In this document: piece after piece, positions 10,794 to 20,785 of the stretch
Layout: each line of letters opens with the position of its first letter
Position numbering within the stretch: position 1 is the first letter of the stretch
From: Epithemia pelagica
Taxonomy: Eukaryota > Protista > Bacillariophyta
NCBI GenBank assembly: GCA_946965045.2
Contig: OX337228.1
Coordinates: forward strand, 6,200,001-6,264,000
Length of the DNA: 64,000 nucleotides
Direction: 5' to 3'
The notes under the pieces: generated by a model
What the model saw: the letters and a program-made list of their open reading frames with translations, nothing else
The model's database searches: none
Told to the model about the DNA's origin: nothing
Made by a program: the position numbers and the translations under genes

Positions 10794-13700
10794 CTACGAA
10801 TATGACGGGGGTGGATTGTGTACCCGGCCCATTTCTCGAGTGTTGTAGGAATTGCAGTGTGGACATTTCTGTCCCACAAAATGATACTGAACTTGGCCTG
10901 TCTTGCCACAATCCTGGCAATATATGTTGGACATTGTATGTAGAAAAGATGCTGGCATGGGCTGCATACGAATTCCAGCATCCAGGAGCGCAAAGTGATC
11001 TTTCATGTCTTCCATCGATCGCATACAAAGAGGACACGTGTAACTCGTCCTTCGGTACTGCGTGTAGCATGTCATATGCATCACGTGTCCACATTTGAGA
11101 CCACGAAGGGGCTCTGTCGACTGAAACAAAGTTTCATGACAAATGGGGCAACTTCCTTGTAGCTTTTGAGGAATACATTGATGATCTTTGTCTTCCAGCG
11201 ACACGCACGCGTTACAACGCATGCAGTGTCGAAAATCGATCCCTAGACCGAGACCCAATCTGCAAGTATTACCTGCACCATGCATCAGAAGTTGTGAGGT
11301 GAGATTGTTGTGCCCCAACACTTCGAGAATATAAAAGGAGACTCGTGACAACTTACAATATGGGCAATGAAATATCGGTCTCGAGGATCCATCATACAAA
11401 TGACAGATGTTGCAAAAATACTTGGCAAAGGGACGTCCATATGATTCACAGTCTGGGTTGATACAACGGTCTTCTGCAGGTTGTAGGGTATTACAAGTCA
11501 TGCACATGACTTCGGTAACCGCGTACCGATCCAACTTTTCATCTTCTTGACCTCCACCACGAATAGCCGGAAGTTCTCTGGTTTGATCACAACAAAGTCG
11601 ACATGTATAGAGTCTTCCAGATTTGGGGTGCCGCAGTTTACAAGCACGGGCGTAATGAGGGCAACCAAGAACGGCTCCGGTGGCTCCATCATGAAAGGTA
11701 GGTGCCAGTTCAGACGCCGAAAAGCGCGGAACTGAGTCTCCCGATAAAGAATCTTTTCGACCATGTGGCAAACCATCATTCTTCCAGACCAACTCCACCT
11801 TGGAGTCTCCCGTTTTCTTGTAATAGGCCGATGGAGGAAGACCCACTCGAGGACGCTGTTGGACTTCATTGCTGTTATTGTGAGTCGCAAAAATCTGTGG
11901 AAGAAACGGAACCGTCGTTGCACACAGTGGCGCATTGACAGCCACTGCCGGGGGACTTTCTGGTTCGCGACGCCGTTGCTTCTCCTTTTCATTGCTTTTC
12001 CACACCGAGTCTCGTAACCCTTGAATTGTGGCATTCTTTTGTTGCGCATTCAGAGCCGGGTTAGTAGCAATGGCTCGTATTAACTTTTCCAATTCGGCTT
12101 GACTCGTAATTTGGACCGGCCGGGTCGGACGAGTGGGACTCACCACCGTGGTTCCGGTGTAGGACGCTGGAGTACACACAGTGTCGTTTGTGGGCATGCA
12201 AAACATACCATCGCTGGTTCGAGCCCTTTTGGCTCGATGATTCATTTGCTGTTGTTCCGCCATATTTTCTGTCCTTTCTTCTTGCTTCGACGAACTGAAT
12301 GACGCCGAAGGCTTGGAATCTTGCTGCGCTTCGGATTCTCCCTTGACTTCCGCATTTCGTCCGGAAGCCGTCATGTCTTTTCGTTTCGTCTGTCCCCACC
12401 CCGAAGCACTCAGCCATCGGTCAAAGAAAGTGTTTTGCATGGATTGCTTCATGTATTGGATCATTTCTTCTCGTTCATTTTCTGCCAAACTTTGAACGGC
12501 CATGGTCATGATCTGGCCGATGGTATCGGCCGACCGTTTGCCCATAATGTTGCCAACCAAATCGTGAATTTCAGTTTTGCTCAAGTGCTTGACAACCAGG
12601 GGCATGCATTGCGTCTCCTCCTTTTCCAAATGATGCATCAAATGATCCGACAAGACCTTGGTAGATTCTCGAATCTTGTGTGCCACCACATTGGCTTGGA
12701 TATCATCTTTTTCGTCGCGGGTAGTCGATGATTCCGAGGGTGTCCTTGGTTGTTGTTGTTGTTGCTGCTGAGAACGGCTGCGAGGAGAATAGGACGAGCC
12801 GTTGTCATTGCTACTATTGCTGCTCAAGATCTCTCGTAGGGAAGTAAGCAAGGCATCCATTTCCGAAAACATGCGTTCTTCATCGGCATGATCCTCTTCA
12901 TACTCTTCTTGTACCAAACCATTGGAATCTGTCGTTCCCTTTCCACTACTCGATGGAGAAGACGACGAGGCAGCTTGTCGGACCGTCGTGGGCGAAGTGG
13001 TTGTGGATGTCGCTTGAAGGGTTGCATGCGGTTGCATTTTGGATCGCAAGGCGGGCCAAATAAATTCATCTTCGGCGGACGAATGAGCTCGAAACACGGA
13101 CCAAATTACCTTGAATCTCCCCGCAACGGATCGCTCGAGATCAATCCAATCTGTACTGCCCTTAGCAGTGTTGTTGTTGTCATCATTGGTATTCGAACGC
13201 GGATTTTTCGTCGGTGTCCGCGTTTCGTTTTTGGATGTCAAGGACGAAGCAGCATTGGTGGTGGGAGCGGAAACAAAGGATGTTGTTTCCGTTGTCTCCA
13301 AAGTAGATGTTGTCGTTACTGCTGCGGCTTTTTCGGTAGCATCCCTGTTTCGATCTTGTTTGTGGGCATTCGAATCCTCAATAATTTGTTGTGTGAGAGC
13401 CTTGACATCTTCTTGCAAGGATTTGAGAGCCCCCCGCAAGCAATCGTGCAAGTGAATAATTTCAATCAAGGCGCAATCTCCAAACAATTCTTTGCGACGT
13501 TTGGTAATCATGATATCTCGTGGAGAAAGAGGAGGTGTGGAGGGAGGAGCGGGAGGAGCCGCCGCAGTAGTAGGTGGACTTGCGGACGACGACGACATGC
13601 TGATGGGTGCCGTCGGATAATAATACCGAGGAAGATTCAATGCTGCCACAGTCTGCAAGGATGCCGTGGTTCGACTTCGAGGATTTGGAGCAGAAGCAGC

Positions 13701-13871
13701 AGTGCTGAGGCCTTGTTCGTTCAATGAATCCGGCCATAAGTTAGAGGAGGAGGGTTCTGGTGGTGCTCTTCCTCCTGCTAGGTTTCCGTCTTGGTGATTG
13801 TCTTGTTGTTGTCTTGGGTATTCCATTTCTTCGGAGCTTTCCGCGTCGTTGATAAGAGGCAGAGATTGCAT
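10794..13871 (-). CDS. Hemerythrin + CHY zinc finger + RING + zinc-ribbon E3 ubiquitin ligase (BRUTUS/HRZ-like, RCHY1-type C-terminus); in-frame 84-nt intron 11356-11273; start at 13871 or 13826
   Basis: Hemerythrin helices HLHDCLR, HSSAEDE, EEDHADEE and HHLEKEE. GCPHYARACKL (CHY), CPICHETLF...CGHVMHMTC (RING) and YCQDC...KCPHCNSYNT (zinc ribbon). Confidence 0.9.
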   Translation of the reverse strand: MQSLPLINDAESSEEMEYPRQQQDNHQDGNLAGGRAPPEPSSSNLWPDSLNEQGLSTAASAPNPRSRTTASLQTVAALNLPRYYYPTAPISMSSSSASPPTTAAAPPAPPSTPPLSPRDIMITKRRKELFGDCALIEIIHLHDCLRGALKSLQEDVKALTQQIIEDSNAHKQDRNRDATEKAAAVTTTSTLETTETTSFVSAPTTNAASSLTSKNETRTPTKNPRSNTNDDNNNTAKGSTDWIDLERSVAGRFKVIWSVFRAHSSAEDEFIWPALRSKMQPHATLQATSTTTSPTTVRQAASSSSPSSSGKGTTDSNGLVQEEYEEDHADEERMFSEMDALLTSLREILSSNSSNDNGSSYSPRSRSQQQQQQQPRTPSESSTTRDEKDDIQANVVAHKIRESTKVLSDHLMHHLEKEETQCMPLVVKHLSKTEIHDLVGNIMGKRSADTIGQIMTMAVQSLAENEREEMIQYMKQSMQNTFFDRWLSASGWGQTKRKDMTASGRNAEVKGESEAQQDSKPSASFSSSKQEERTENMAEQQQMNHRAKRARTSDGMFCMPTNDTVCTPASYTGTTVVSPTRPTRPVQITSQAELEKLIRAIATNPALNAQQKNATIQGLRDSVWKSNEKEKQRRREPESPPAVAVNAPLCATTVPFLPQIFATHNNSNEVQQRPRVGLPPSAYYKKTGDSKVELVWKNDGLPHGRKDSLSGDSVPRFSASELAPTFHDGATGAVLGCPHYARACKLRHPKSGRLYTCRLCCDQTRELPAIRGGGQEDEKLDRYAVTEVMCMTCNTLQPAEDRCINPDCESYGRPFAKYFCNICHLYDGSSRPIFHCPYCKLSRVSFYILEVLGHNNLTSQLLMHGAGNTCRLGLGLGIDFRHCMRCNACVSLEDKDHQCIPQKLQGSCPICHETLFQSTEPLRGLKCGHVMHMTCYTQYRRTSYTCPLCMRSMEDMKDHFALLDAGIRMQPMPASFLHTMSNIYCQDCGKTGQVQYHFVGQKCPHCNSYNTREMGRVHNPPPSYS

Positions 13872-15660
13872 ACTGCATCCAAAGGTTCGCACTGCTCATG
13901 CTGATGTGGCATACATGGATGTTGGAGCAGTAGGTAGACTCTTCTTGTTCCTGGTGTCTGTCTACATATTATAGTTCGACTGAGTTCAGAATGAACGTGT
14001 CGGGTAAGCCGGCAGGCTAAGGGGGTCTGGGGGTGGAAAAACATCAAAGACTAGAAAAAACTTTTTTAGCTCAAGAGTCGAAATTCAGTACTTTACACCA
14101 AAACCTTCCCATGTTAGGCAAAAAACGCCGGGCCAACCCCTATTCAAAACCATTCAGCCCCGAAGAAAAACAATGATCGAAGAACGGTCATCCATTGTTT
14201 TATCAATCCATTAAATAAAAACCATTTCACCACGCTGTTCCACGTCAGAATCACGCCCAACGAACCAACCCACGAAACATCTCCCCACGTCCTCTAGTAG
14301 TGAGAGTAGCAACTATGTCACTAACACCTAGCCAAACATAGTTGTGCTATCTCTCAGTAGCTAGGATTGAGTACAATAGGTCCCACGCATCTATTAGGTT
14401 CTTACTCCTTGATTGCATCAAGTATAATCCATGTCGACTCCAGTTTGGTTGCCATCATAGCTACCCCTAGTATCTCTGGAGTCCAAGTCGACTCCATTGG
14501 AGTATCCATCGCAAATTGGATCTGAGTCTTGGATTCAGTCATGAATGACATAGTCGTCTGCCCATCATCCAAAGCAAATGAATCGACTTTGGGGGCCGGC
14601 AATTTCCAATCATTAAATTTCATAGTAACGTTAATGTTCAGCATCGGGGGTGTAAAGAAGGGTTGGATGAACTAGAATCCAGAAAGAGAAAGGCTATGCT
14701 TCGAAGCGCAGCCTTAACCCTAATTACAATACCCATCATGTGGTATCTCTTGTTTCTCCTCTTTGATTCTCTCCCGTCTTATGTGAGATGTGAGCCATTG
14801 CGATAGAAAGGCTTGAACGTGAGGAGTGAGGAATGTGGGGGTAACCCTATAGTTGGTCAAGAGCCTACTGATAAAAATTGAGGGAGCGATGTACGCTGAA
14901 GTTAAATGGGGGGTCCAGGGCTATGGGGGGTCAGGAATTTGCAAATTACGGGTTGGCAGCCCATAAATGAAGTCAACTCAGCTTTTAACTTTGAAGTCAG
15001 TTCTTGGTTCTGCGGTAAGCAGTCAGCAGTCACGCATCTTTAGCGCTGCTAGAGAATCCCCAGCAAAGATTTTCTGTTGCGTGTATACGTTAGTCACCGT
15101 ACTCTTTTCTCTGCACCGGTCACTTTTATCCTTTCTCATTTGTTTGTTTCATACTGGTCACTCTGTGTCATTCATTTGCTCCACACAGCCTTCCAAAGTG
15201 TCTGATTGCAATAACAATGATGACTCTTCAACTGTGGAAATGTGCAATATGGATAGCAGTCCGAAGCACACCCCCAAAATGAAGGTTCTGTAAGAGGACA
15301 CCTATTAGTGTATTCTTGAAAGGAGATAATATTGACATGGCAACAAAACAAAAAGATTCTGCTGGAGACCAAGCAACTATTCCACCACTGGAAAGGAAAG
15401 CTCTCATCAAGATAAGTGCTCTAGTTACTAGGAGTACTCCCCTAGCTAGGCATTTTTATCATGGTAGCACAGGTAGTCTTATCTCCAGCGGATGCGCATA
15501 CCTACCGTAGGTCCAGCAGAGACCTCTCCAGCGCACTCTAGCAGAGATGAGCTGTTGCGGGACCGACCTCTACTAGAGATCTTGGAACACACAAACTCAA
15601 CAAATTCTTGAAAAAGGAACAATGGAGTTCCAATTCAATTGCCACAAAAGTTCTGCAAAT

Positions 15661-15913
15661 TGACTTTTTACTTTTTCAGAAAGAAAAGTCGACTTAAAGT
15701 CAGAAGTCAGAAACTAAGATATTATTGACTTCCACGATTCGAGATACGAGTAATGGTAGAAGTCGCAGCTCACGCTGACGTTGGAAGGTCATAGTTCAGA
15801 ACTTGACTTCATGAAAGACGTTAAGTCAAAGTTGAAAATGTTGTGCTCTCCAACTTGATTTCACTGAGAAAAGAGAAAAGTCATGGGATCTCGGCTGGAA
15901 ATTGACTTGACTT
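15661..15913. repeat. Dense mixed-orientation AAGTCA/TGACTT hexamer array
   Basis: Nine exact copies (15661, 15697, 15704, 15726, 15804, 15823, 15878, 15903, 15908) plus the palindrome AAGTCGACTT at 15686. Two more copies at 14970 and 14994. Confidence 0.75.
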
Positions 15914-16189
15914 TCATGAAAAAAGTTAAAAGTTGTTTATTTAAGCTTAAAAGTGTAAAACAGTCAAGTAGAACTTCAACACTCAACACTCTGGTTGCGT
16001 TTTGCGTGATCACTGAACTCAGCCGTTCCATCCCGAAGGGTACTGTCCTAACTTTTTCGGTCGCGGAAGAATCCGTCCGTGGTCCGTTCCTCCAAGATCC
16101 AAGTGCTGGGTGGTGGGGGAGAATCTTTCTCCCCCTTGTTTTCTTTCGCACAAAAATTCCACCACCTCCAAAAGTCGCCAGCCATCACC

Positions 16190-17236
16190 ATGGCGACGAC
16201 GACGACAAAAACAACCATGACAAAGCAACTGGAAGAACGCTATCATACGTTACTCTATGATTTCAAAGGACAAAAGCGAGCCTGCTTTCTCGAGGCACCG
16301 GAGACGGCACTTTCATTACTACGAGGCGCGTGGAATTTGAACGAGACACCTCGACCCTCCCTGGACTGGATCAGTCGACGACTCAAACATGTTCAATCGT
16401 ATTCGTCCAATGTCAAAACGTACAATGTCCAAAGTGAAGGATTTCCGTGTGCTGGACCGGACGGTGAACTGTTTCGGTCTCAGGGACCGGCCGTGGCACA
16501 GGATGCCAAATTACAGCTGCAATCGGCCTTGGGTCAAGCCTTGTCGGAGATGGGTTATATGATGAGTGATGTACGGAGCGAGCAACAAGTCGAATTTCAC
16601 TTGTCCTTTTTAAAAACGGACGATCAATCGTTGGCGCAGGAACCACACATTGATTTTCGATGGGACAGTGTGTTGGATCACCCCGACGACGCCACTGCAT
16701 CCACCACGGGTACCACAAACCCTGGAAGACGATCGAGTAAACGAAATCGCAAGGCTCCTTACAAAGAACGAGTGCCCTTTGTCGCATTTATACCGCTTGT
16801 AGCCGAGGGGATGCAACTCGAAGTCTGGAAGGCTCGTGACCCACGGACGCTCAAGCTTCCAAACAATGCTGAAACCAACAAAACCGACCACGACGACGAC
16901 GACGACAAGGGCATTGTGGTGGACATTCCACTTGGAATCATGCTGTTGGCCCGAGGAGATGTCGTTCATGCAGGTGGATTTCGAACGGGAGACCATGGCA
17001 ATCCCCGAGGCCATTTGTACGTGTATCAAAGTTTGACGGGCGAGGCTCATGCCACCAACACGGCCAACACCTATACCTTGCCCTTTGACACGGTGCGACG
17101 ATTGGGAGAAGTCTACAAACACGCTCCTCATGTACCCACAGCCACCGAAATTGTGCTACCCAACAAATCCATTGTCCGTCGATGGCCCAGAACCCAAAAG
17201 GTAAAGGGTTCCTTTGTGGAAAAAACACACATGTAA
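16190..17236 (+). CDS. Putative Fe(II)/2-oxoglutarate dioxygenase-fold (PhyH-like) protein, single exon
   Basis: QEPHIDF (HxD), FVAFIPL strand, GDVVHAGG (distal His) and NPRGHLYV (Arg strand). ATG at 16190 is in the frame of ORF 16079-17236. Confidence 0.6.
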   Translation: MATTTTKTTMTKQLEERYHTLLYDFKGQKRACFLEAPETALSLLRGAWNLNETPRPSLDWISRRLKHVQSYSSNVKTYNVQSEGFPCAGPDGELFRSQGPAVAQDAKLQLQSALGQALSEMGYMMSDVRSEQQVEFHLSFLKTDDQSLAQEPHIDFRWDSVLDHPDDATASTTGTTNPGRRSSKRNRKAPYKERVPFVAFIPLVAEGMQLEVWKARDPRTLKLPNNAETNKTDHDDDDDKGIVVDIPLGIMLLARGDVVHAGGFRTGDHGNPRGHLYVYQSLTGEAHATNTANTYTLPFDTVRRLGEVYKHAPHVPTATEIVLPNKSIVRRWPRTQKVKGSFVEKTHM

Positions 17237-17749
17237 CAATATATTCTGGGGCTCTTTTTCAATGTGCATTCAAGGAATCACTCTTGCTGTTTTCTCTTTC
17301 ACGGGGAACTGAAATGGAGACTGATCTTATTGAATTGACTCTTGACTCTCAACGCCGTTATAGTGTGGTTGGAGATAAAAAGTATAAGAAAGAAACAGGG
17401 TCTAGATCAAGTCATTGTCCATGTTTTGAACTGCATATTTTGAACGGATAGATGTTATGCTGATTGAAAAGAGGAAGGGTGATAGGGACAAGAGCCCGAC
17501 CACTCGATCCATAGTCCCCTTTCAGAGGAGTAGCGAGTAGCAGAGCACCCACAGGCAACGCGTCGCTGGCTGCATGTCCGTAGATGGTAGACAGACCGCA
17601 ACTGACACTGACGTGTCCCGACCCTTTTCTTTTTCTCCTCCCTCTCCCCCCAACACCATGATGGTGGTTCGACCGCGGCAGTCTATCTAGGTACTCTCCT
17701 ACACACAACTCGCCGTTGTGAGTTTGGAATCGTTGAGACCCATCGATTC

Positions 17750-19117
17750 ATGTCTACCCTTGCTTCGCGGGTGGTGGTTGGATCAAACTTTCCACGTGTA
17801 GTGCAGGTTGTCCTTTCGTTCTGTCTCATTCGTCGTGCCAACAGCAGCAGCTTTTTGACTGCTGGCGTCGAGGTGAACCGTCTCTACCCACAACAACAAC
17901 CACAACGACAACAACAGCAATTCTTTCATCCCAGATTTCTCTGTGCAGCTAGTTCTGATTCCCATTCTCAGAAACCAATGCCAGTATCCACGCGACAACG
18001 AAAACAAAAGGAGCAAAAGCAAGAGGACACTATCGATAATGGGTTTGTCCAAGAGACTGTCCCTGAGACACCGTCCTCCTCCTCCAACAAGGACAGTGCG
18101 AAACGCTCGTCGTCCCGAAAGAGGACGAGAAAGGATCAACCAACACCTGTTGCATCATCCTCCGATACCTTGGTGTCGGCACAGGTGACATCGTCGGATC
18201 CCATACCGGATAAACCTCTCCCAGACCCAGCTACAACAACCTCAACAAGTACCGCCACCCCTGGATCTGGTCGAGGAAAGCGTGTCAAACAATCACCCCG
18301 GTCACCAAAACAACCACCGCAACCAATCAAGGCACCAACTGATTGGGAGGATATTTATAGTTTGGTGGAAGAACTGCGACAAGACCGAACGGCACCGTGC
18401 GATAGCATGGGTTGTGAAGCCTTGGCAGCCAAGGAGGAAAACGATTTACCAGGATTCCGATTCCAAGTGTTGGTGGCACTCTTACTCTCATCTCAGACCA
18501 AGGATGCCATGGTATCCGAGGCCGTTCGTCTCATGAAACAAGATGGTATTCTTTCCATTGCCGCACTTGGTCAAGCACACATTACAACAGAACTCCTAGC
18601 CTCCAAATATTTGGCCAAGGTTGGCTTTCGAAACAACAAGGCAAAGTATCTAAAAGAAGTTGTGGGAATCCTAGAGTCGCAGTATCAAAGTGACATACCA
18701 CCGACGGCGTTTAAAATGATGGAGCTGCCCGGCATTGGACCGAAAATGGCCTACATTTGCGAATCGGCCGCCTGGGACCCGGAGGTTCCATCGGGGATTG
18801 GCGTCGATACTCATATGCATCGCTTGTTTAATCAACTCGGCTGGGTCAAGGCCAAGACTCCGGAACAAACCCGAGTGCAACTGGAAAGTTGGCTTCCCAT
18901 CGAAAAGTGGAAGACGGTCAATTTGCTGTGGGTAGGATTTGGGCAAGAAGTCCAACAAGAAAAGGCCAAGATACTCAAGAAAGCATTGGGTTCGACTCGA
19001 CCGGCAGCCGCACTGAAACTGTTGAAACGGTGTGGTTTGGATTTGAAGAAAGATGGAACAAAGTGCGACCTGTACGATGAGATTCAAGCTGTACTCAAGA
19101 TTGGCAAAGAGAAATAA
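17750..19117 (+). CDS. NTH1: Endonuclease III homolog (HhH-GPD DNA glycosylase/AP lyase), single exon
   Basis: RFQVLVALLLSSQTKD, HhH LPGIGPKMA (catalytic Lys), IGVDTHMHR (catalytic Asp), VNLLWVGFGQ. Confidence 0.92.
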   Translation: MSTLASRVVVGSNFPRVVQVVLSFCLIRRANSSSFLTAGVEVNRLYPQQQPQRQQQQFFHPRFLCAASSDSHSQKPMPVSTRQRKQKEQKQEDTIDNGFVQETVPETPSSSSNKDSAKRSSSRKRTRKDQPTPVASSSDTLVSAQVTSSDPIPDKPLPDPATTTSTSTATPGSGRGKRVKQSPRSPKQPPQPIKAPTDWEDIYSLVEELRQDRTAPCDSMGCEALAAKEENDLPGFRFQVLVALLLSSQTKDAMVSEAVRLMKQDGILSIAALGQAHITTELLASKYLAKVGFRNNKAKYLKEVVGILESQYQSDIPPTAFKMMELPGIGPKMAYICESAAWDPEVPSGIGVDTHMHRLFNQLGWVKAKTPEQTRVQLESWLPIEKWKTVNLLWVGFGQEVQQEKAKILKKALGSTRPAAALKLLKRCGLDLKKDGTKCDLYDEIQAVLKIGKEK

Positions 19118-19172
19118 TCATCTTCCAACATGGCACAAACTCGTGCGTACATTGTATGCATCCATGGCACTT

Positions 19173-20481
19173 CTAGAGTTGGTCTTTCTTGTCGTATTGT
19201 ACCATTGCTTGATAGACGTAGGAGTAAACATTAATGGTGATGGCCGAGGAGGGAATGCCTCGACCATAGGCAACTTGCCAGCCTCGATTCAGCCGACTGA
19301 CCACGGCCAACAATCCGCTTTCCCCATACAGTTGCCGAATAGCTTGAAAGGGTGAAACTCGCACCAATGGGTCTGCGCTTTGAATCCATGTTTTGACCGT
19401 GTCCAAGGGCAAGGCCGAAATCCAATAGGCCAATCCTCCTATTCCACCCGACAAAACCCGAATCACAAAGGAAGGATCCTTGTCCTGGTCCGTTTGGTAT
19501 GTCCTCATGAGTAGATTTTGTGTAAACGCCAAGGTTGCAAAAAAGCTGGCCACGCCAACACCATCACGGACCATTGTAATCCCCACCCCTCTCCATAGTG
19601 TGTGGACCCCATTGACGTGGATGGCCTGTCGAATCACATTGAGGGATGTAGCTACAGCCCTTTTAGTTTGGGGAGATGCTGGGCTACTGATGGACAGTCT
19701 TGCTTGTTCGGCAATCAGCTGCACCACGAACATTTTGATTACACAAGTAAGAGACCAAGAGAAACAACAACAACATTGATAGTCATGTTTTACGACCGTT
19801 CGAACCAGAACAATAGTGTAAGTCAAGCCCATCCATAAACTTGAATCATTACACGTTCATTGTCCATCGACTCACCTGATTTCTTACATATTCGACAGGC
19901 GTGACGAATAGGCCACCGTTGATGGCACCGGCAGTGAATCCACAAAAGAGCCGATCCATGGTATTCAATTCGCACGTTTCGTTCCTGTTTGTCATGTGTT
20001 TGAAATCCAACACGGCATGTTCCAAAATATTGTTCACCGTAAAAACTGTGCCTTTGTAGACTGCTTGAGCCATTAATGGCAATGAGATACCCGTATACAA
20101 AGCCCGAATACCTCCCGTTTGCAAGGTTTGACGAAGAATCTGCAAGGGTCCTCCTCCTCCCGTAGGAGAGCTGGCCAACCCGCCGTTGCTGGTCTGCAAG
20201 GAGGGCATTCCTGCCGCTTGCATATTGGTTCTTAAAAAGTCCATGGGATAGAGTACAATGGTCGAAGCCATTCCAGAAACACTTCCCGCGACAAGCGAGT
20301 TGCGCACAACATTTGTGGCTGCCAAGGAGGAGGAGGATGGGGCGGAATCGACCAAATCTTGTGGTCGGACCTCATCTGCCACCAACACGTCTGGGGAGAA
20401 TCCGGTTCGTCGTTGCGTGAGAGCCCTTGTCAAGAGGCTGTTGGTGTTCTTGGTGGTTCCAATATCATTATTGAGAGCCAT
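19173..20481 (-). CDS. Mitochondrial carrier (SLC25) family protein; exons 20481-19876, 19718-19173
   Basis: Three Px[DE]xx[KR] signatures: YPMDFLRT, TPVEYVRNQ|L, LPLDTVKT. Also LYTGISLPL, LWRGVGITMVRD and RGWQVAYGRGIP. Confidence 0.9.
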
Positions 20482-20785
20482 TGTGGTCAGGATCACAGCT
20501 GCAATATGGAGTTGTTGGTTTGCACTACTGTTGTTTTTGGGATTTGGAATGATGCCGATGGGTCGATCGGACGAGAGGGTGACGCAGAAAGGCGAGAAGA
20601 AAGGAAGCCGGGGGAGAAGAATCCGCGCGGAGGAATGCGACTACAAATCAGTCGCTCATCATCGCCGTCTTTCCGCGAGATACACGTGAGTGCGGACAGA
20701 CCGCCCTCCACCGCCCACCAGAACCAATCAATGAGGTCAAATTTTCACTCCAAGCTTCAAGAGAGAGAAAATCAAAGTGGAAACC

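Noticed and set aside
11498-13737. Long antisense and alternative-frame ORFs (e.g. 12888-13727 +, 36924-37664 -, 41667-42659 -, 55320-56009 -, 58498-59214 +)
   Set aside because: Shadow ORFs opposite well-supported genes, expected at this GC content and codon usage; no domain motifs.
14710-14730. TTAACCCTAA telomere-like word
   Set aside because: Barely more than one unit and not tandem; expected by chance.
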